A stretch of 64,000 nucleotides of DNA from assembly GCA_963702205.1 (NCBI GenBank), contig OY969724.1:2784001-2848000 (forward strand), written 5' to 3'. Numbering within the stretch: position 1 is the stretch's first letter; each line of letters begins with the position of its first letter. Position numbers and translations under genes: made by a program. This DNA comes from an uncultured candidate division Zixibacteria bacterium (GTDB lineage: Bacteria; Zixibacteria; MSB-5A5; GN15; PGXB01). Positions 48,819-58,464 of the stretch are shown here, piece by piece. The notes beneath the pieces are model-generated. The model had not been told where the DNA came from. It made no database searches and saw only the letters and a program-made list of their open reading frames with translations.

Positions 48819-50303
48819 ATGGCTGAAAACAACAAATTCGAAGAAATGACCAAAAAGGAGCGGATGCACCTTCCGCGCGTCAAAATGCCGGAGCAGGATC
48901 CCCTGGCCAGAAAAAAGAATTTTCAGGAAGTGCCCCACGGCCTGACCCCGGAAATGGCTATTGCCGAAGCCTGGCGATGTATCGAATGCAAAAAGCCGAA
49001 GTGCATCGAGGGCTGCCCGGTAGAAGTCGATATACCCGGCTTTATCCAAAAAGTCCGAGAAGGTGATTTTGTCGGCGCGGCGCGGCGCATTAAAGAAACC
49101 AACGCTCTCCCCGCGATCTGCGGAAGAGTCTGCCCGCAGGAAGAACAGTGCGAGCAGGTTTGCGTCCTCGGCGTTAAGTACAAACCGGTCGCGATCGGCT
49201 ATCTCGAACGCTTTGTCGCCGACTTTGAACGCAACAATGACAAGATTGAACTGCCGAAGCTCCCGAAATCGACCGGCAAGAAAATCGCCGTAGTCGGATC
49301 GGGTCCGGCCGGACTGACGGTGGCGGCCGACCTGGCTTTGCGGGGTCATAAAGTTGTCATTTACGAAGCCCTTCACAAACCCGGCGGAGTTTTAATCTAC
49401 GGCATTCCGGAATTTCGTCTGCCCAAATCGATTGTTGCTTCAGAAGTCGAATACCTGACAAAGCTCGGAGTCGAAGTCAATAACAGTTTTGTGGTTGGCA
49501 AGCTCGATACGGTCGATGAACTTTTCGAAGCCGGCTTCGATGCCGTCTTTATCGGCACCGGCGCGGGCCTGCCCAACTTCATGCACATCGAAGGCGAAAA
49601 CCTTAATGGTGTTTATTCTTCAAATGAATTCCTGACGCGCTCAAATCTGATGGCGGCGTACGATTTCCCGAACATGGACACGCCAATTTTCGTCGGCAAA
49701 AACGTGGCCGTCCTCGGAGGCGGTAATACGGCAATGGATTCGGTGCGGACATCGCTGCGTCTCGGCGCGGAAAACGGATATATTATTTACCGCCGGAGCC
49801 GGACCGAAATGCCGGCCCGAATCGAAGAGATTCATCATGCCGAGCAGGAAGGCGTCCAGTTCAATCTCCTGACCAACCCGATTCGCTTTATGGGCAACGA
49901 TGAAGGCTGGGTGACGCATATGGAATGCGTCCGCATGGAGCTCGGCGAGCCCGACAGCTCCGGTCGCCGTCGGCCGATACCGATCGACGGTTCCAATTTC
50001 ACGATACCGGTCGATACGGTCGTAATTGCGGTCGGCAACAGCTCCAATCCGCTCATACCGCAGACGACTCCCGGTCTGGACACCAACCGCTGGGGCAATA
50101 TTACGGTCGACGAGCGCACCATGATGACCTCGCGCGAAGGCGTTTTCGCGGGTGGCGATATTGTCACGGGCGGTGCTACTGTCATTCTCGCGGCGGGTGC
50201 GGGCAAAGTGGCCGCGCGGGCGATTCATCGGTACGTTCTGGGTATGCCGATGATAGAAGAAAAACCCGAATCCGAAGAAGCTCCGGTCCAGAAAGCCGGA
50301 TGA
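48819..50303 (+). CDS. nfnB: NfnB/SudA large subunit (GltD-like flavoprotein)
   Basis: RCIECKKP.C..GCPV, CGRVCPQE.QCE, GSGPAG, YGIPEFRLP, GGGNTAMD and AGGDIVTG motifs; paired with nfnA, and no gltB is nearby. Confidence 0.9.
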   Translation: MAENNKFEEMTKKERMHLPRVKMPEQDPLARKKNFQEVPHGLTPEMAIAEAWRCIECKKPKCIEGCPVEVDIPGFIQKVREGDFVGAARRIKETNALPAICGRVCPQEEQCEQVCVLGVKYKPVAIGYLERFVADFERNNDKIELPKLPKSTGKKIAVVGSGPAGLTVAADLALRGHKVVIYEALHKPGGVLIYGIPEFRLPKSIVASEVEYLTKLGVEVNNSFVVGKLDTVDELFEAGFDAVFIGTGAGLPNFMHIEGENLNGVYSSNEFLTRSNLMAAYDFPNMDTPIFVGKNVAVLGGGNTAMDSVRTSLRLGAENGYIIYRRSRTEMPARIEEIHHAEQEGVQFNLLTNPIRFMGNDEGWVTHMECVRMELGEPDSSGRRRPIPIDGSNFTIPVDTVVIAVGNSSNPLIPQTTPGLDTNRWGNITVDERTMMTSREGVFAGGDIVTGGATVILAAGAGKVAARAIHRYVLGMPMIEEKPESEEAPVQKAG

Positions 50304-50327
50304 TTTAGATTTTATAGATTAGTACAT

Positions 50328-50365
50328 AAAAAAACCGCCGAGCCATCGCCCGGCGGTTTTTATTT
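50328..50365. terminator. Bidirectional intrinsic terminator
   Basis: AAAAAAACCGCCG-agccatcgcc-CGGCGGTTTTTATTT between convergent genes. Confidence 0.85.
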
Positions 50366-50380
50366 ATCGGTACAACCCGC

Positions 50381-51442
50381 CTATTTTATCATCGTGATAT
50401 TTTTTGATGGAATCTTTAGGTCGTAGAAATAAGTTCTGTCCGATTCATTGGCCATTGCCCGCGTTCGATATCCGATAAAGCCTTTAGACTCAGAAAAATA
50501 GAAATCGAAAAAGGTATTATCAAAGTCTGTGTTCTCGTATCCCTCAAGAGTATATGCCACCGGATTGTCGAATCTAATATGCAAAAGATGCGAATAGGTG
50601 ATCCCACCGACTTCAAGCTCATAATCGGTATTGATGGTCCTGTCATAATACAGGATATAATCAATGGATGCATTGACAAGCCGACCTTGCTCGGTGCCGG
50701 AACTGATTTCACCGGTATCGATTACAAAAAATTCCCGACCGTAAGACTTGTCCGGTTCATTCAGATATGAAAAATACAGCCCCGAATCTTTAAAAATGAA
50801 GCCAAAACCGGCCGGAGTCGTCGCTCCATTACCGATGTAGGACAAGCCGTAAACTATCCCGGAATCTGACGTGAAATACAAAGAATCGTACCTAACGGTC
50901 TCAGGAGTATATTTAATACTATCAGGGCTTTCGTCGGTTTTCACTATTTGTACAGGCGTGTATGAATATTCGGGGTATTCGTCCCAAACGCCATTTTCAT
51001 TGTAATCTGCGAAGGGCTTGCCGGGTGAATAATCATAGAAATCATACGGATCATCATCATAAATTCCGTTTCCGTTGATGTCATCAAAAGGAATGCCGGG
51101 CGCCCAAGGCTCATCGGGCCCGGTGTAGCGACCGTTATCATCGAAATCCATATTCTGGGGACAATCACACATTATAAATTCATCAATTCCAATGTCAAAG
51201 ACACCATTATCGTTTATATCATTAAATGGCTCCCCTAAACTCTGCTCCCTGTTCAAAACGGGTTCCGGCAAAATGACGCCGCCTAACCCCTGATAGCGAG
51301 CCAGAAAAATGCTTGTATCGAACCAGACATATTGATCAAAAACCAGCGTATTTTCAGAATTATCAGGTGATACTGACTCCGTCCCACAGCCGAACAGGCC
51401 AATAATCAAAATCGCACATACCAAAATTGCGAGATATTTCAT
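50381..51442 (-). CDS. Acidic lipoprotein with Dx[DN]xNG calcium-binding-like repeats
   Basis: Lipobox LFGC; repeats EPFNDINDNGVFD, DFDDNG, PFDDINGNGIYD and PFADYNENGVWD; AAGGAGG RBS. Confidence 0.85.
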   Translation of the reverse strand: MKYLAILVCAILIIGLFGCGTESVSPDNSENTLVFDQYVWFDTSIFLARYQGLGGVILPEPVLNREQSLGEPFNDINDNGVFDIGIDEFIMCDCPQNMDFDDNGRYTGPDEPWAPGIPFDDINGNGIYDDDPYDFYDYSPGKPFADYNENGVWDEYPEYSYTPVQIVKTDESPDSIKYTPETVRYDSLYFTSDSGIVYGLSYIGNGATTPAGFGFIFKDSGLYFSYLNEPDKSYGREFFVIDTGEISSGTEQGRLVNASIDYILYYDRTINTDYELEVGGITYSHLLHIRFDNPVAYTLEGYENTDFDNTFFDFYFSESKGFIGYRTRAMANESDRTYFYDLKIPSKNITMIK

Positions 51443-51479
51443 AAAAAGCCCTCCTTAACGGTCTTATTATAGATAAATT

Positions 51480-51507
51480 AATATAATATCCGACGGAGTT
51501 GAGTCAA
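51480..51507 (-). promoter_or_regulatory. Sigma70-type promoter for lipoprotein gene
   Basis: TTGACT-N16-TATATT. Confidence 0.6.
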
Positions 51508-51543
51508 ATACATTTTAGTATGCAAAGTCTATGATAAAGAAAA

Positions 51544-51688
51544 GGCAGAACCGCTAAAGGGTTCTGCCCTACAGTAATTGTCGGATATTTGTCAGGAGCG
51601 CCCTTCACTTCGTTCAGGACCTGCGGCAGGGCTCCTGACCTACAAAAGATATCCAGGTGACCGGCAGACGCCCTCGTCTGCCGGTCAT
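51544..51688. repeat. Cluster of three REP-like palindromes (two with GTAG ends)
   Basis: GGCAGAACC-N7-GGTTCTGCC-CTAC (51544-51572); GTCAGGAGC…GCTCCTGAC-CTAC (51591-51643); GTGACCGGCAGACG-ccct-CGTCTGCCGGTCAT (51657-51688). Confidence 0.7.
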
Positions 51689-51705
51689 TAGATGATGATA
51701 TCAGA

Positions 51706-52956
51706 CTATCTCATATTCTTGACAATGTGCTCGGCAAACTGCGACGTCGAAACTTTCCTGGCGCCTTTCATCTGACGATGCAGATCGTACGTTACCGTCT
51801 TCTTCAGAATCGTCTTTTCAATCGCCTTGTTAATCATCGTCGCGGCTTTATCCCAGCCCATGTACTCGAGCATCATGACCGCCGAGAGGATCAACGAGCC
51901 CGGATTGACCATGTCTTTGTCGGCGTACTTGGGAGCGGTCCCGTGCGTCGCCTCGAACAGGCCGATTTTGTCGCCGATATTGGCGCCCGGTGCCATACCC
52001 AGACCACCCACCTGCGCGGCGGAAGCGTCGGAGATATAGTCGCCGTTGAGGTTCGGCGTCGCGATGACGTCGTACTCGGCGGTACGGGTCAATATCTGCT
52101 GAAACATGGAGTCGGCAATACGGTCCTTGATGACAATCCTGCCTTTGGGCTGTTTGCCTTTGTACTTTGACCAGAGCTCGTCCTCGGTAATCGTCTTTCG
52201 GCCGAACTCTTTTCGGGCCACTTCATAACCCCAGTCACGGAAAGCGCCTTCGGTGAACTTCATGATGTTGCCTTTGTGCATGAGCGTTACCGACGGGCGT
52301 TTGCGGTCGATGGCGTACTGAATGGCCTTGCGCATCAGTTGCTTGGTCCCCTTGACCGAGACCGGCTTGATGCCGATTCCAGAGTCGAGCCGGATATTCC
52401 GTTTCATGGTTTTGTTCAGGAAGTTGATAACCTTCTTGACGTCGGACGTTCCTTTTTTCCATTCGATCCCGGCGTAAACGTCTTCGGTGTTCTCGCGGAA
52501 AATAACAACGTCCATCTTTTCCGGCTCTTTCACCGGTGACGGTACACCCTTGAAATACCGTACTGGCCGGACACAGGCATACAGGTTGAGCACCTGGCGC
52601 AACGTTACGTTGAGCGAACGAAATCCACCACCAATCGGTGTGGTTAACGGGCCTTTGAGGGCCACATAATAATAACCGATGGCGTCGAAGGTTTCTTTCG
52701 GAATCCACTCTTTGTAAATGCGCTTGGCGTTTTCCCCGGCATAGACGTCCATCCACGCGATCTTCTTCTTGCCCTTGTACGCCTTTTTCACGGCGGCGTC
52801 GACAACGATACGGGTCGCTTTCATAATATCGCGCCCGATGCCGTCGCCTTCGATTACGGGGATGATGGGGACATTGGGAACGACCATTTTGCCTTTTTTA
52901 AAGGTAATCCTCTGTCCGTTCTCAGGGATTTTAATATGCTTGTACTTAGGTGCCAC
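51706..52956 (-). CDS. icd: Isocitrate dehydrogenase (NADP, dimeric type)
   Basis: [42 protein letters not shown] and [10 protein letters not shown] motifs; GTG start. Confidence 0.97.
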   Translation of the reverse strand: MAPKYKHIKIPENGQRITFKKGKMVVPNVPIIPVIEGDGIGRDIMKATRIVVDAAVKKAYKGKKKIAWMDVYAGENAKRIYKEWIPKETFDAIGYYYVALKGPLTTPIGGGFRSLNVTLRQVLNLYACVRPVRYFKGVPSPVKEPEKMDVVIFRENTEDVYAGIEWKKGTSDVKKVINFLNKTMKRNIRLDSGIGIKPVSVKGTKQLMRKAIQYAIDRKRPSVTLMHKGNIMKFTEGAFRDWGYEVARKEFGRKTITEDELWSKYKGKQPKGRIVIKDRIADSMFQQILTRTAEYDVIATPNLNGDYISDASAAQVGGLGMAPGANIGDKIGLFEATHGTAPKYADKDMVNPGSLILSAVMMLEYMGWDKAATMINKAIEKTILKKTVTYDLHRQMKGARKVSTSQFAEHIVKNMR

Positions 52957-52971
52957 GATAGTTCTCCCTTA

Positions 52972-53898
52972 TTAGTATCCGATTTCTTTAAGTACGCCTT
53001 TGTACTTTTTCGCCGAAGACTGGAGATCTGACATTTCTTTTTTCGTCAGGCCCAGCTCGATGATTTTCTCCACGCCGTTGGCACCGAGCACGATCGGTAC
53101 GCCGATGTAAATGTCGTTTATGCCATACTGCCCATCGAGATAGGCCGAACAAGGCATGACACGTTTTTCATCACACAAGATCGAACGCGCCATTTCGACC
53201 GTTCCCGCCGCCGGAGCGTAATAGGCCGATCCGGTCTTGAGAAGCTTGACGATCTCGCCGCCGCCCATGCGGGTCCGCTCGGCGATTTCATTGATGCGTT
53301 TGGTGTCGATCAATTCCTTGACCGGAATGCCGGCCACCGTGGTGTAGCGCGGCAGCGGAACCATAGTGTCACCGTGGCCACCGAGGACCATGGCGTCGAT
53401 GTCTTTCATTGCGACGCCGAGTTCCATGGCCACGAAGGCACGGAAACGGGTCGAATCGAGAGCACCGGCCTGACCGCACACGCGATTTTTCGGAAAGCCG
53501 GTAACTTTCCACATGTGGTAGGTCATGATATCCAGCGGGTTTGACACGACGATCACGAACGACTTGGGAGCGTACTTCTTGATGTTCGTCGCGGCCGTGC
53601 CGACGATCTTGGCGTTCATGGCCAGAAGATCTTCGCGGGACATGCCCGGCTTACGGGCCAATCCGGCAGTCATGATTACCAGGTCGGCTCCTTTAATATC
53701 CTTATAATCGTTGCTGCCGGTAATCATGGCGTTGTAGCCGCGAATCGGTCCGGCTTCGGTCAAATCGAGCGCTTTGCCCTGCGGCATGCCTTCAATGATA
53801 TCAATCATAACAACGTCGCCGAGATTTTCTTCCGCCATATACTGGGCAACGCTGGCGCCGACGTTTCCGGCACCGATGACTGCGATCTTTTTATTCAT
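52972..53898 (-). CDS. mdh: Malate dehydrogenase (LDH-like)
   Basis: GAGNVG, TAGLARKPGMSREDL (malate-specifying Arg), VSNPLD and GGHGDTMVP motifs. Confidence 0.96.
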   Translation of the reverse strand: MNKKIAVIGAGNVGASVAQYMAEENLGDVVMIDIIEGMPQGKALDLTEAGPIRGYNAMITGSNDYKDIKGADLVIMTAGLARKPGMSREDLLAMNAKIVGTAATNIKKYAPKSFVIVVSNPLDIMTYHMWKVTGFPKNRVCGQAGALDSTRFRAFVAMELGVAMKDIDAMVLGGHGDTMVPLPRYTTVAGIPVKELIDTKRINEIAERTRMGGGEIVKLLKTGSAYYAPAAGTVEMARSILCDEKRVMPCSAYLDGQYGINDIYIGVPIVLGANGVEKIIELGLTKKEMSDLQSSAKKYKGVLKEIGY

Positions 53899-53924
53899 CC
53901 TTCCTCCGTTTGTTTAAGACTTAA

Positions 53925-55148
53925 TTACTCCTGAGCGTTTATCAATACGGTATGGCTGGCATCGCGCACCAGCCCGATTGTAGCTTGTTCATTGCCGTGA
54001 AAATAACTGTCGAGTAAGCCCTGCGGCGAGCGCACCGGGTTAAAAAACACTTTTTCGGGAATCTCGTCCGGCAGTTCCGAAAACAGGCAGACATTGATTC
54101 TCTTGCCGATGTCATACACACGGACCAGCTTATGCGATCCGAAGGCCTCTTCTCCCTCAAGGTGCATTCCGGGTTTCCACTTGTCGGCCAGTTTATAGAA
54201 TTTGGTTGAACCTATTCCTTCATGGCACGACGAAAATAACAGAATAGTGCCGCCGTCGGCAACCGCCCGCTGACAGTTTTCCAGAGATTTTTGAAGTTGA
54301 TACAAATTGCTGTCGAGCGGCGGCATAATTTCGGCCAGCAGCAGATCATACTTTTGCCTGACCGTTATACCATACACGGACTCGGCGGTTTTTATCGCCG
54401 CCCGGAAGGCATCGGTCAGAGAGCCGACAAAGACACGCATTTTGTCCGAATCGACTTTTGAAACGACCTGGATGCCGAAAATTTTATCGCCTTGCACCCG
54501 AGCCATGAGTTCTTCGAGATGTTCCTCGATGGGGTTGCCCTTAAGTTTCATGGGCATGGCATCGAGGCTGACGGCCCGGTTATGATTACGTACTATCGTA
54601 TCGTAGTCACAAACGCCCGGAAAAATCGACTTCCGTCCGCCCGTAAAACCGGCAAAGAAATGTGGTTCGACCGAGCCGATGACGACTATCCGCGCGGCTT
54701 CCGCCGCGATCCGGTTGAGCATAATCGGGCTGTCATCATAATCACGGCCGATTTCGATCATACTGGCCTTATTTTTGCAATCGTGGATTAATATTCTATC
54801 GCGAATGCCATTGAGATGATTCCCGAATATTCGTCCGAGCTGTTCCTCCGACGGTGCCGCATGGGTTCCGGTGGCTACGATAAATCTGGCGTTGTCGTTA
54901 AGCCGACCGTTTTGAGACAACCAGTCGAGAATCAGGCTGGTCGGAGTGGGCCGATAGGCGTCGTTGACTATGAACAGGTCGGCGTCTTTGACCCCAAACA
55001 AACCCGTCTCGGTTTTCGCGATGTCTTCGATAAAACTTCCGGCCGTCGTACTATCGTCGATTTCCCTCCCCCGGTACTCATCGCATCGGGCCGTGTCCGG
55101 GATATTAAGCGGGAATTCGACGTTCCTATAACGGATTCGTATTTCCAT
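53925..55148 (-). CDS. LarA-family (nickel-pincer) alpha-hydroxy acid racemase/epimerase
   Basis: NDAYRPTP, ATGTH, EPHFFAGFTGGRKSIFPG, RNH and NLYQLQK motifs. Confidence 0.88.
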   Translation of the reverse strand: MEIRIRYRNVEFPLNIPDTARCDEYRGREIDDSTTAGSFIEDIAKTETGLFGVKDADLFIVNDAYRPTPTSLILDWLSQNGRLNDNARFIVATGTHAAPSEEQLGRIFGNHLNGIRDRILIHDCKNKASMIEIGRDYDDSPIMLNRIAAEAARIVVIGSVEPHFFAGFTGGRKSIFPGVCDYDTIVRNHNRAVSLDAMPMKLKGNPIEEHLEELMARVQGDKIFGIQVVSKVDSDKMRVFVGSLTDAFRAAIKTAESVYGITVRQKYDLLLAEIMPPLDSNLYQLQKSLENCQRAVADGGTILLFSSCHEGIGSTKFYKLADKWKPGMHLEGEEAFGSHKLVRVYDIGKRINVCLFSELPDEIPEKVFFNPVRSPQGLLDSYFHGNEQATIGLVRDASHTVLINAQE

Positions 55149-55149
55149 T

Positions 55150-55554
55150 TTACCCGAAGAAGAAGCCGACTTCACGAGCGGCGTTTTCGGGAGAATCGGA
55201 GGCGTGGACCGAATTCTCCTGGATGTTCAGCGCCATTTCCTGACGAATGGTCCCGCAGTCGGCTTTGGCCGGATCGGTCGCGCCGATAAACGTCCGCAGA
55301 TCGGCGACGGCGTTTTCTTTTTCCAGGGCCATGGCTACGACCGGGCTGGACGTCATAAAATCCACGAGGTCATCATAAAACGGCTTGCTTTTGTGCACGG
55401 CGTAAAATTCCCGCGCTTTTTCTTTGGCCAGCCGCTCCAGCCTCATATCGACGACGCTGAATCCGGCTCTTTCCAGCCGCCAGATAATATAGCCGGTAAG
55501 CCCGCGCTTGAAAGCGTCGGGCTTAACGATCAATAAAGTTTTTTCCGTCGCCAT
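55150..55554 (-). CDS. ndk: Nucleoside diphosphate kinase
   Basis: IVKPDA, FYAVH..KPF, GATDP..A..GTIR and NSVHASDS motifs. Confidence 0.97.
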   Translation of the reverse strand: MATEKTLLIVKPDAFKRGLTGYIIWRLERAGFSVVDMRLERLAKEKAREFYAVHKSKPFYDDLVDFMTSSPVVAMALEKENAVADLRTFIGATDPAKADCGTIRQEMALNIQENSVHASDSPENAAREVGFFFG

Positions 55555-56159
55555 TACCGTTTGTCTTTCAGAAGTTTCCTGGCGGCGTTCATGCCGATTT
55601 CCAGGGCTTTCTTATTCTTCTCTTCAGTTCCACGTGGTGCCCTTGCCAGCACGGCATTGCGAACCGCGTCTTTGGTGACTATTCCGGTGATTTCACAGAT
55701 GGCCCCGAGAGAGACGACGTTGGCCACCATGACGATACCGATTTCTTCGCGTGCCAGTTGCATGAACGGAAGACCGTAATAGTTCTTGGTCGGGACCTGT
55801 GTAACCATGGAGGAATCGACAATCAGGATGCCGCCTTCTTTGAGATCGGGATAGTACTTATCACAAGCTTCCTGCGTCAGCGCCAGGAGCAGGTCGAGCT
55901 TCATCGTCTTCGGGTAATAAATTTCGCCCTCGGAAACGACCAGGTCGGCGCGGCTGGCGCCGCCTCTTGCTTCCGGACCGTACGACTGCGACTGAACCAC
56001 GTTTTTATGGTCACCTATGCCCAAAGCTTCGGCCAGAATAACACCCGCGAGGATCAATCCCTGGCCGCCGGAACCGGACAAACGAATCTCAAAACGATCT
56101 TCGGGTTTTTCGTCGCCGTTCTTTTTGCCGTGAGGTTTTGACGCTGCTTTCGTAGCCAT
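55554..56159 (-). CDS. korC: 2-oxoacid:ferredoxin oxidoreductase gamma subunit (likely 2-oxoglutarate)
   Basis: [15 protein letters not shown] and AN.V.LGA motifs; located in the TCA operon. Confidence 0.9.
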   Translation of the reverse strand: MATKAASKPHGKKNGDEKPEDRFEIRLSGSGGQGLILAGVILAEALGIGDHKNVVQSQSYGPEARGGASRADLVVSEGEIYYPKTMKLDLLLALTQEACDKYYPDLKEGGILIVDSSMVTQVPTKNYYGLPFMQLAREEIGIVMVANVVSLGAICEITGIVTKDAVRNAVLARAPRGTEEKNKKALEIGMNAARKLLKDKR

Positions 56160-57004
56160 TATTCACTCCCCTTTCCGGAAAGCCGCTTGACCAAAGCTTC
56201 GTACTCGTCACAGAATTCGGTCGCGTCGGTTTCGTGAATAAGTCCGGTTATGAATTTCCCTTGTCTCTTTTCCGGAGGAATCTTGTCGACCGCCTGAATC
56301 GGAAGAGCATTTTTCTTAAACCATTGGATCATCTCAACGGCGTCTCCTTCACGGTTAAACCGTCCGAAGTACGTATGACAGTTGGAATACGTATCGATCA
56401 CGGCAAAGCCTTTCTTTTGCAGACCTCCCGCGATGAGCTTTTCCAACTGATCCACGTGGTACACCGTGCCGCGAGCAACGTATGATGCACCGGCACCGAT
56501 AGCCAGCTTAACGACGTCGAATTGTTTCTCGTAATTTCCGTGCGGAGCGGTGGTGGCGATCGCACCGCCCGGAGTCGTGGGTGCGAACTGTCCGCCGGTC
56601 ATGCCATAAATCTTATTGTTAATCAAAATAGTCGTGATGTCGATGTTTCTCCGGCAGGCGTGAATGAAGTGATTGCCGCCGATCGCCAGGGCGTCGCCGT
56701 CACCGGTAATTACGATCACCTTCATTTTGGGCCTGGCAATTTTAACACCGGTCGCGAACGCCAGCGCCCGCCCGTGGGTCGTGTGCAGCGTAGCGAAATC
56801 GAGATATACCGGCATACGGCTGGAGCAGCCGATACCGGAAACCACGGCCACCTCGTCTTTATCGAAGCCGACCGAATCGATGGCCCGGATCAATGCTCCC
56901 ATGACGATGCCGTTGCCACACCCGGCACACCAGACGTTCGGAAATTTTTTCTTGGCCCGAAGGTAGTGGTGGGTTACATCGGATTTAATTTCAGTGTTGA
57001 TCAT
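56159..57004 (-). CDS. korB: 2-oxoacid:ferredoxin oxidoreductase beta subunit
   Basis: WCAGCG, SGIGCS, HGRA, GDGD and YGMTGGQ motifs; TGATG coupling with korA. Confidence 0.93.
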   Translation of the reverse strand: MINTEIKSDVTHHYLRAKKKFPNVWCAGCGNGIVMGALIRAIDSVGFDKDEVAVVSGIGCSSRMPVYLDFATLHTTHGRALAFATGVKIARPKMKVIVITGDGDALAIGGNHFIHACRRNIDITTILINNKIYGMTGGQFAPTTPGGAIATTAPHGNYEKQFDVVKLAIGAGASYVARGTVYHVDQLEKLIAGGLQKKGFAVIDTYSNCHTYFGRFNREGDAVEMIQWFKKNALPIQAVDKIPPEKRQGKFITGLIHETDATEFCDEYEALVKRLSGKGSE

Positions 57005-58143
57005 CAAAGCACCTCCCTTATTTTTTGGAGTATCTGGAGAGGCGTCATTACTTCACCGTCGTAACGACCCAGATGGAAAACCTCGGTGCCTTTCGGCGCC
57101 ACGCGCCGAATCTCGTTGTACAATTGGCCCATGTTCAGTTCGGCTACGATCACTTTCTTGACATGCCCAAGCATGCTTTTGATTTTGGTCTCATCGAGGG
57201 GCCAGATAGTAAATGGCTGAATGGCGCCGACTTTGATCCGGCGCTCGCGAGCCATTTTCACGGCCTGGTATGAAGCGCGAGCCACAGTGCCATAAGAAAA
57301 TACGGCGACATGAGCGTCGTCCAGCATTTCTGTCCGAAAACTGGATATCTCTTCGATATAATTGTCAATTTTGCCGTGCAGCTTGTCGAGCTTGGCTTTA
57401 ATCTCGGACGAAACCGCCGTAGGAAAACCATCGGGGTCGTGAGTCAAACCGGACACATTGTAACGATAACCTTCACCGAACGATGCCATCGGACTGACCA
57501 GACTGGGGGTGATATCGAAGTGACGGTACCATTCAGGAGGGACATCCGGCTTCTGGCGGTTAAACACTTTAACTTCGCCTTTTTCCGGTATGGTCATAAT
57601 TTCGCGCATGTGACCGAGCACTTCATCGGAAAGCACCGTCACCGGTGTACGAAATCTCTCCGCCAGATTGAAAGCACGAACTGTCTCGCTGAAACATTCG
57701 CGGGCACTGGAAGGTGCTACGGCAATGGCCTTATAGTCACCGTGCGTACCCCAGCGGGCCTGCATCGTATCGGCCTGGGCAATCTTGGTCGGAAGACCGG
57801 TCGAAGGACCGCCGCGCTGGACATTTATGATGACACAGGGGGTCTCGGTCATGAAAGCGTAGCCGATGTTTTCCTGCATCAGGGAATAACCGGGACCGGA
57901 CGTCGCCGTCAATGATTTGCAACCGGCGTTGGAAGCGCCTACGACCGCGGCGATGGACCCGATTTCATCTTCCATTTGTATGAATTTGCCGTCGATATAG
58001 GGTAATTCGCGCGCCATACCTTCGGCTATTTCGGTCGAAGGCGTGATCGGGTACCCGGCAAAAAACTGTACCCCGGCGTACAACGCGCCGTACACGCACG
58101 CTTCATTACCCTGAAGCAGTTTGGTTTTTCCGTATTCTAACAT
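57004..58143 (-). CDS. korA: 2-oxoacid:ferredoxin oxidoreductase alpha subunit
   Basis: GNEA, YPITPSTE, QMEDE, TATSGPG, QRGGPSTGLPT and ELNMGQ motifs. Confidence 0.93.
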   Translation of the reverse strand: MLEYGKTKLLQGNEACVYGALYAGVQFFAGYPITPSTEIAEGMARELPYIDGKFIQMEDEIGSIAAVVGASNAGCKSLTATSGPGYSLMQENIGYAFMTETPCVIINVQRGGPSTGLPTKIAQADTMQARWGTHGDYKAIAVAPSSARECFSETVRAFNLAERFRTPVTVLSDEVLGHMREIMTIPEKGEVKVFNRQKPDVPPEWYRHFDITPSLVSPMASFGEGYRYNVSGLTHDPDGFPTAVSSEIKAKLDKLHGKIDNYIEEISSFRTEMLDDAHVAVFSYGTVARASYQAVKMARERRIKVGAIQPFTIWPLDETKIKSMLGHVKKVIVAELNMGQLYNEIRRVAPKGTEVFHLGRYDGEVMTPLQILQKIREVL

Positions 58144-58156
58144 TCCTGCTCCTCCA

Positions 58157-58423
58157 TCACTTGTAATTGGAGGTTATGGCAAAATCCGGGCAATGCAGCC
58201 AGCAGATCGCGCACTGTGTACATTTCTCGGGGTGGGCCAGAACCGGTTTTCCATCGCGGTCCGGTTCCAATACCTTGTTGGGGCAGTAGGCGATGCATAT
58301 ATTGCATCCCTTGCACCAGTGCAAAAATATGTTCAGCGGAGGCGGATCACCCGGTCCGTACACATATTTCGGCTCTTTCGCTTTGACTTCCGGGAGTTTC
58401 TGTCCCGGTTCAGCTTCGCTCAT
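58157..58423 (-). CDS. korD: 2x[4Fe-4S] ferredoxin, oxidoreductase delta subunit
   Basis: CKGCNICIAYCP and CTQCAICWLHCPDFAI; GGAGGAG RBS before ATG 58423. Confidence 0.92.
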   Translation of the reverse strand: MSEAEPGQKLPEVKAKEPKYVYGPGDPPPLNIFLHWCKGCNICIAYCPNKVLEPDRDGKPVLAHPEKCTQCAICWLHCPDFAITSNYK

Positions 58424-58464
58424 CAGTAATACTCCTCCGGTACTATCGAGCACCTCTATCAAGA

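Noticed and set aside
48819..50303. Glutamate synthase small subunit annotation
   Set aside because: There is no large subunit nearby, and pairing with the NfnA-type gene indicates NfnB/SudA.
50364..50390. ACCGATAA sigma28-like -10 on the minus strand
   Set aside because: The -35 spacing is wrong and it points straight into a terminator.
51544..51688. CRISPR array or IS ends
   Set aside because: The palindromes are non-identical, with no repeat-spacer periodicity and no cas or transposase gene.
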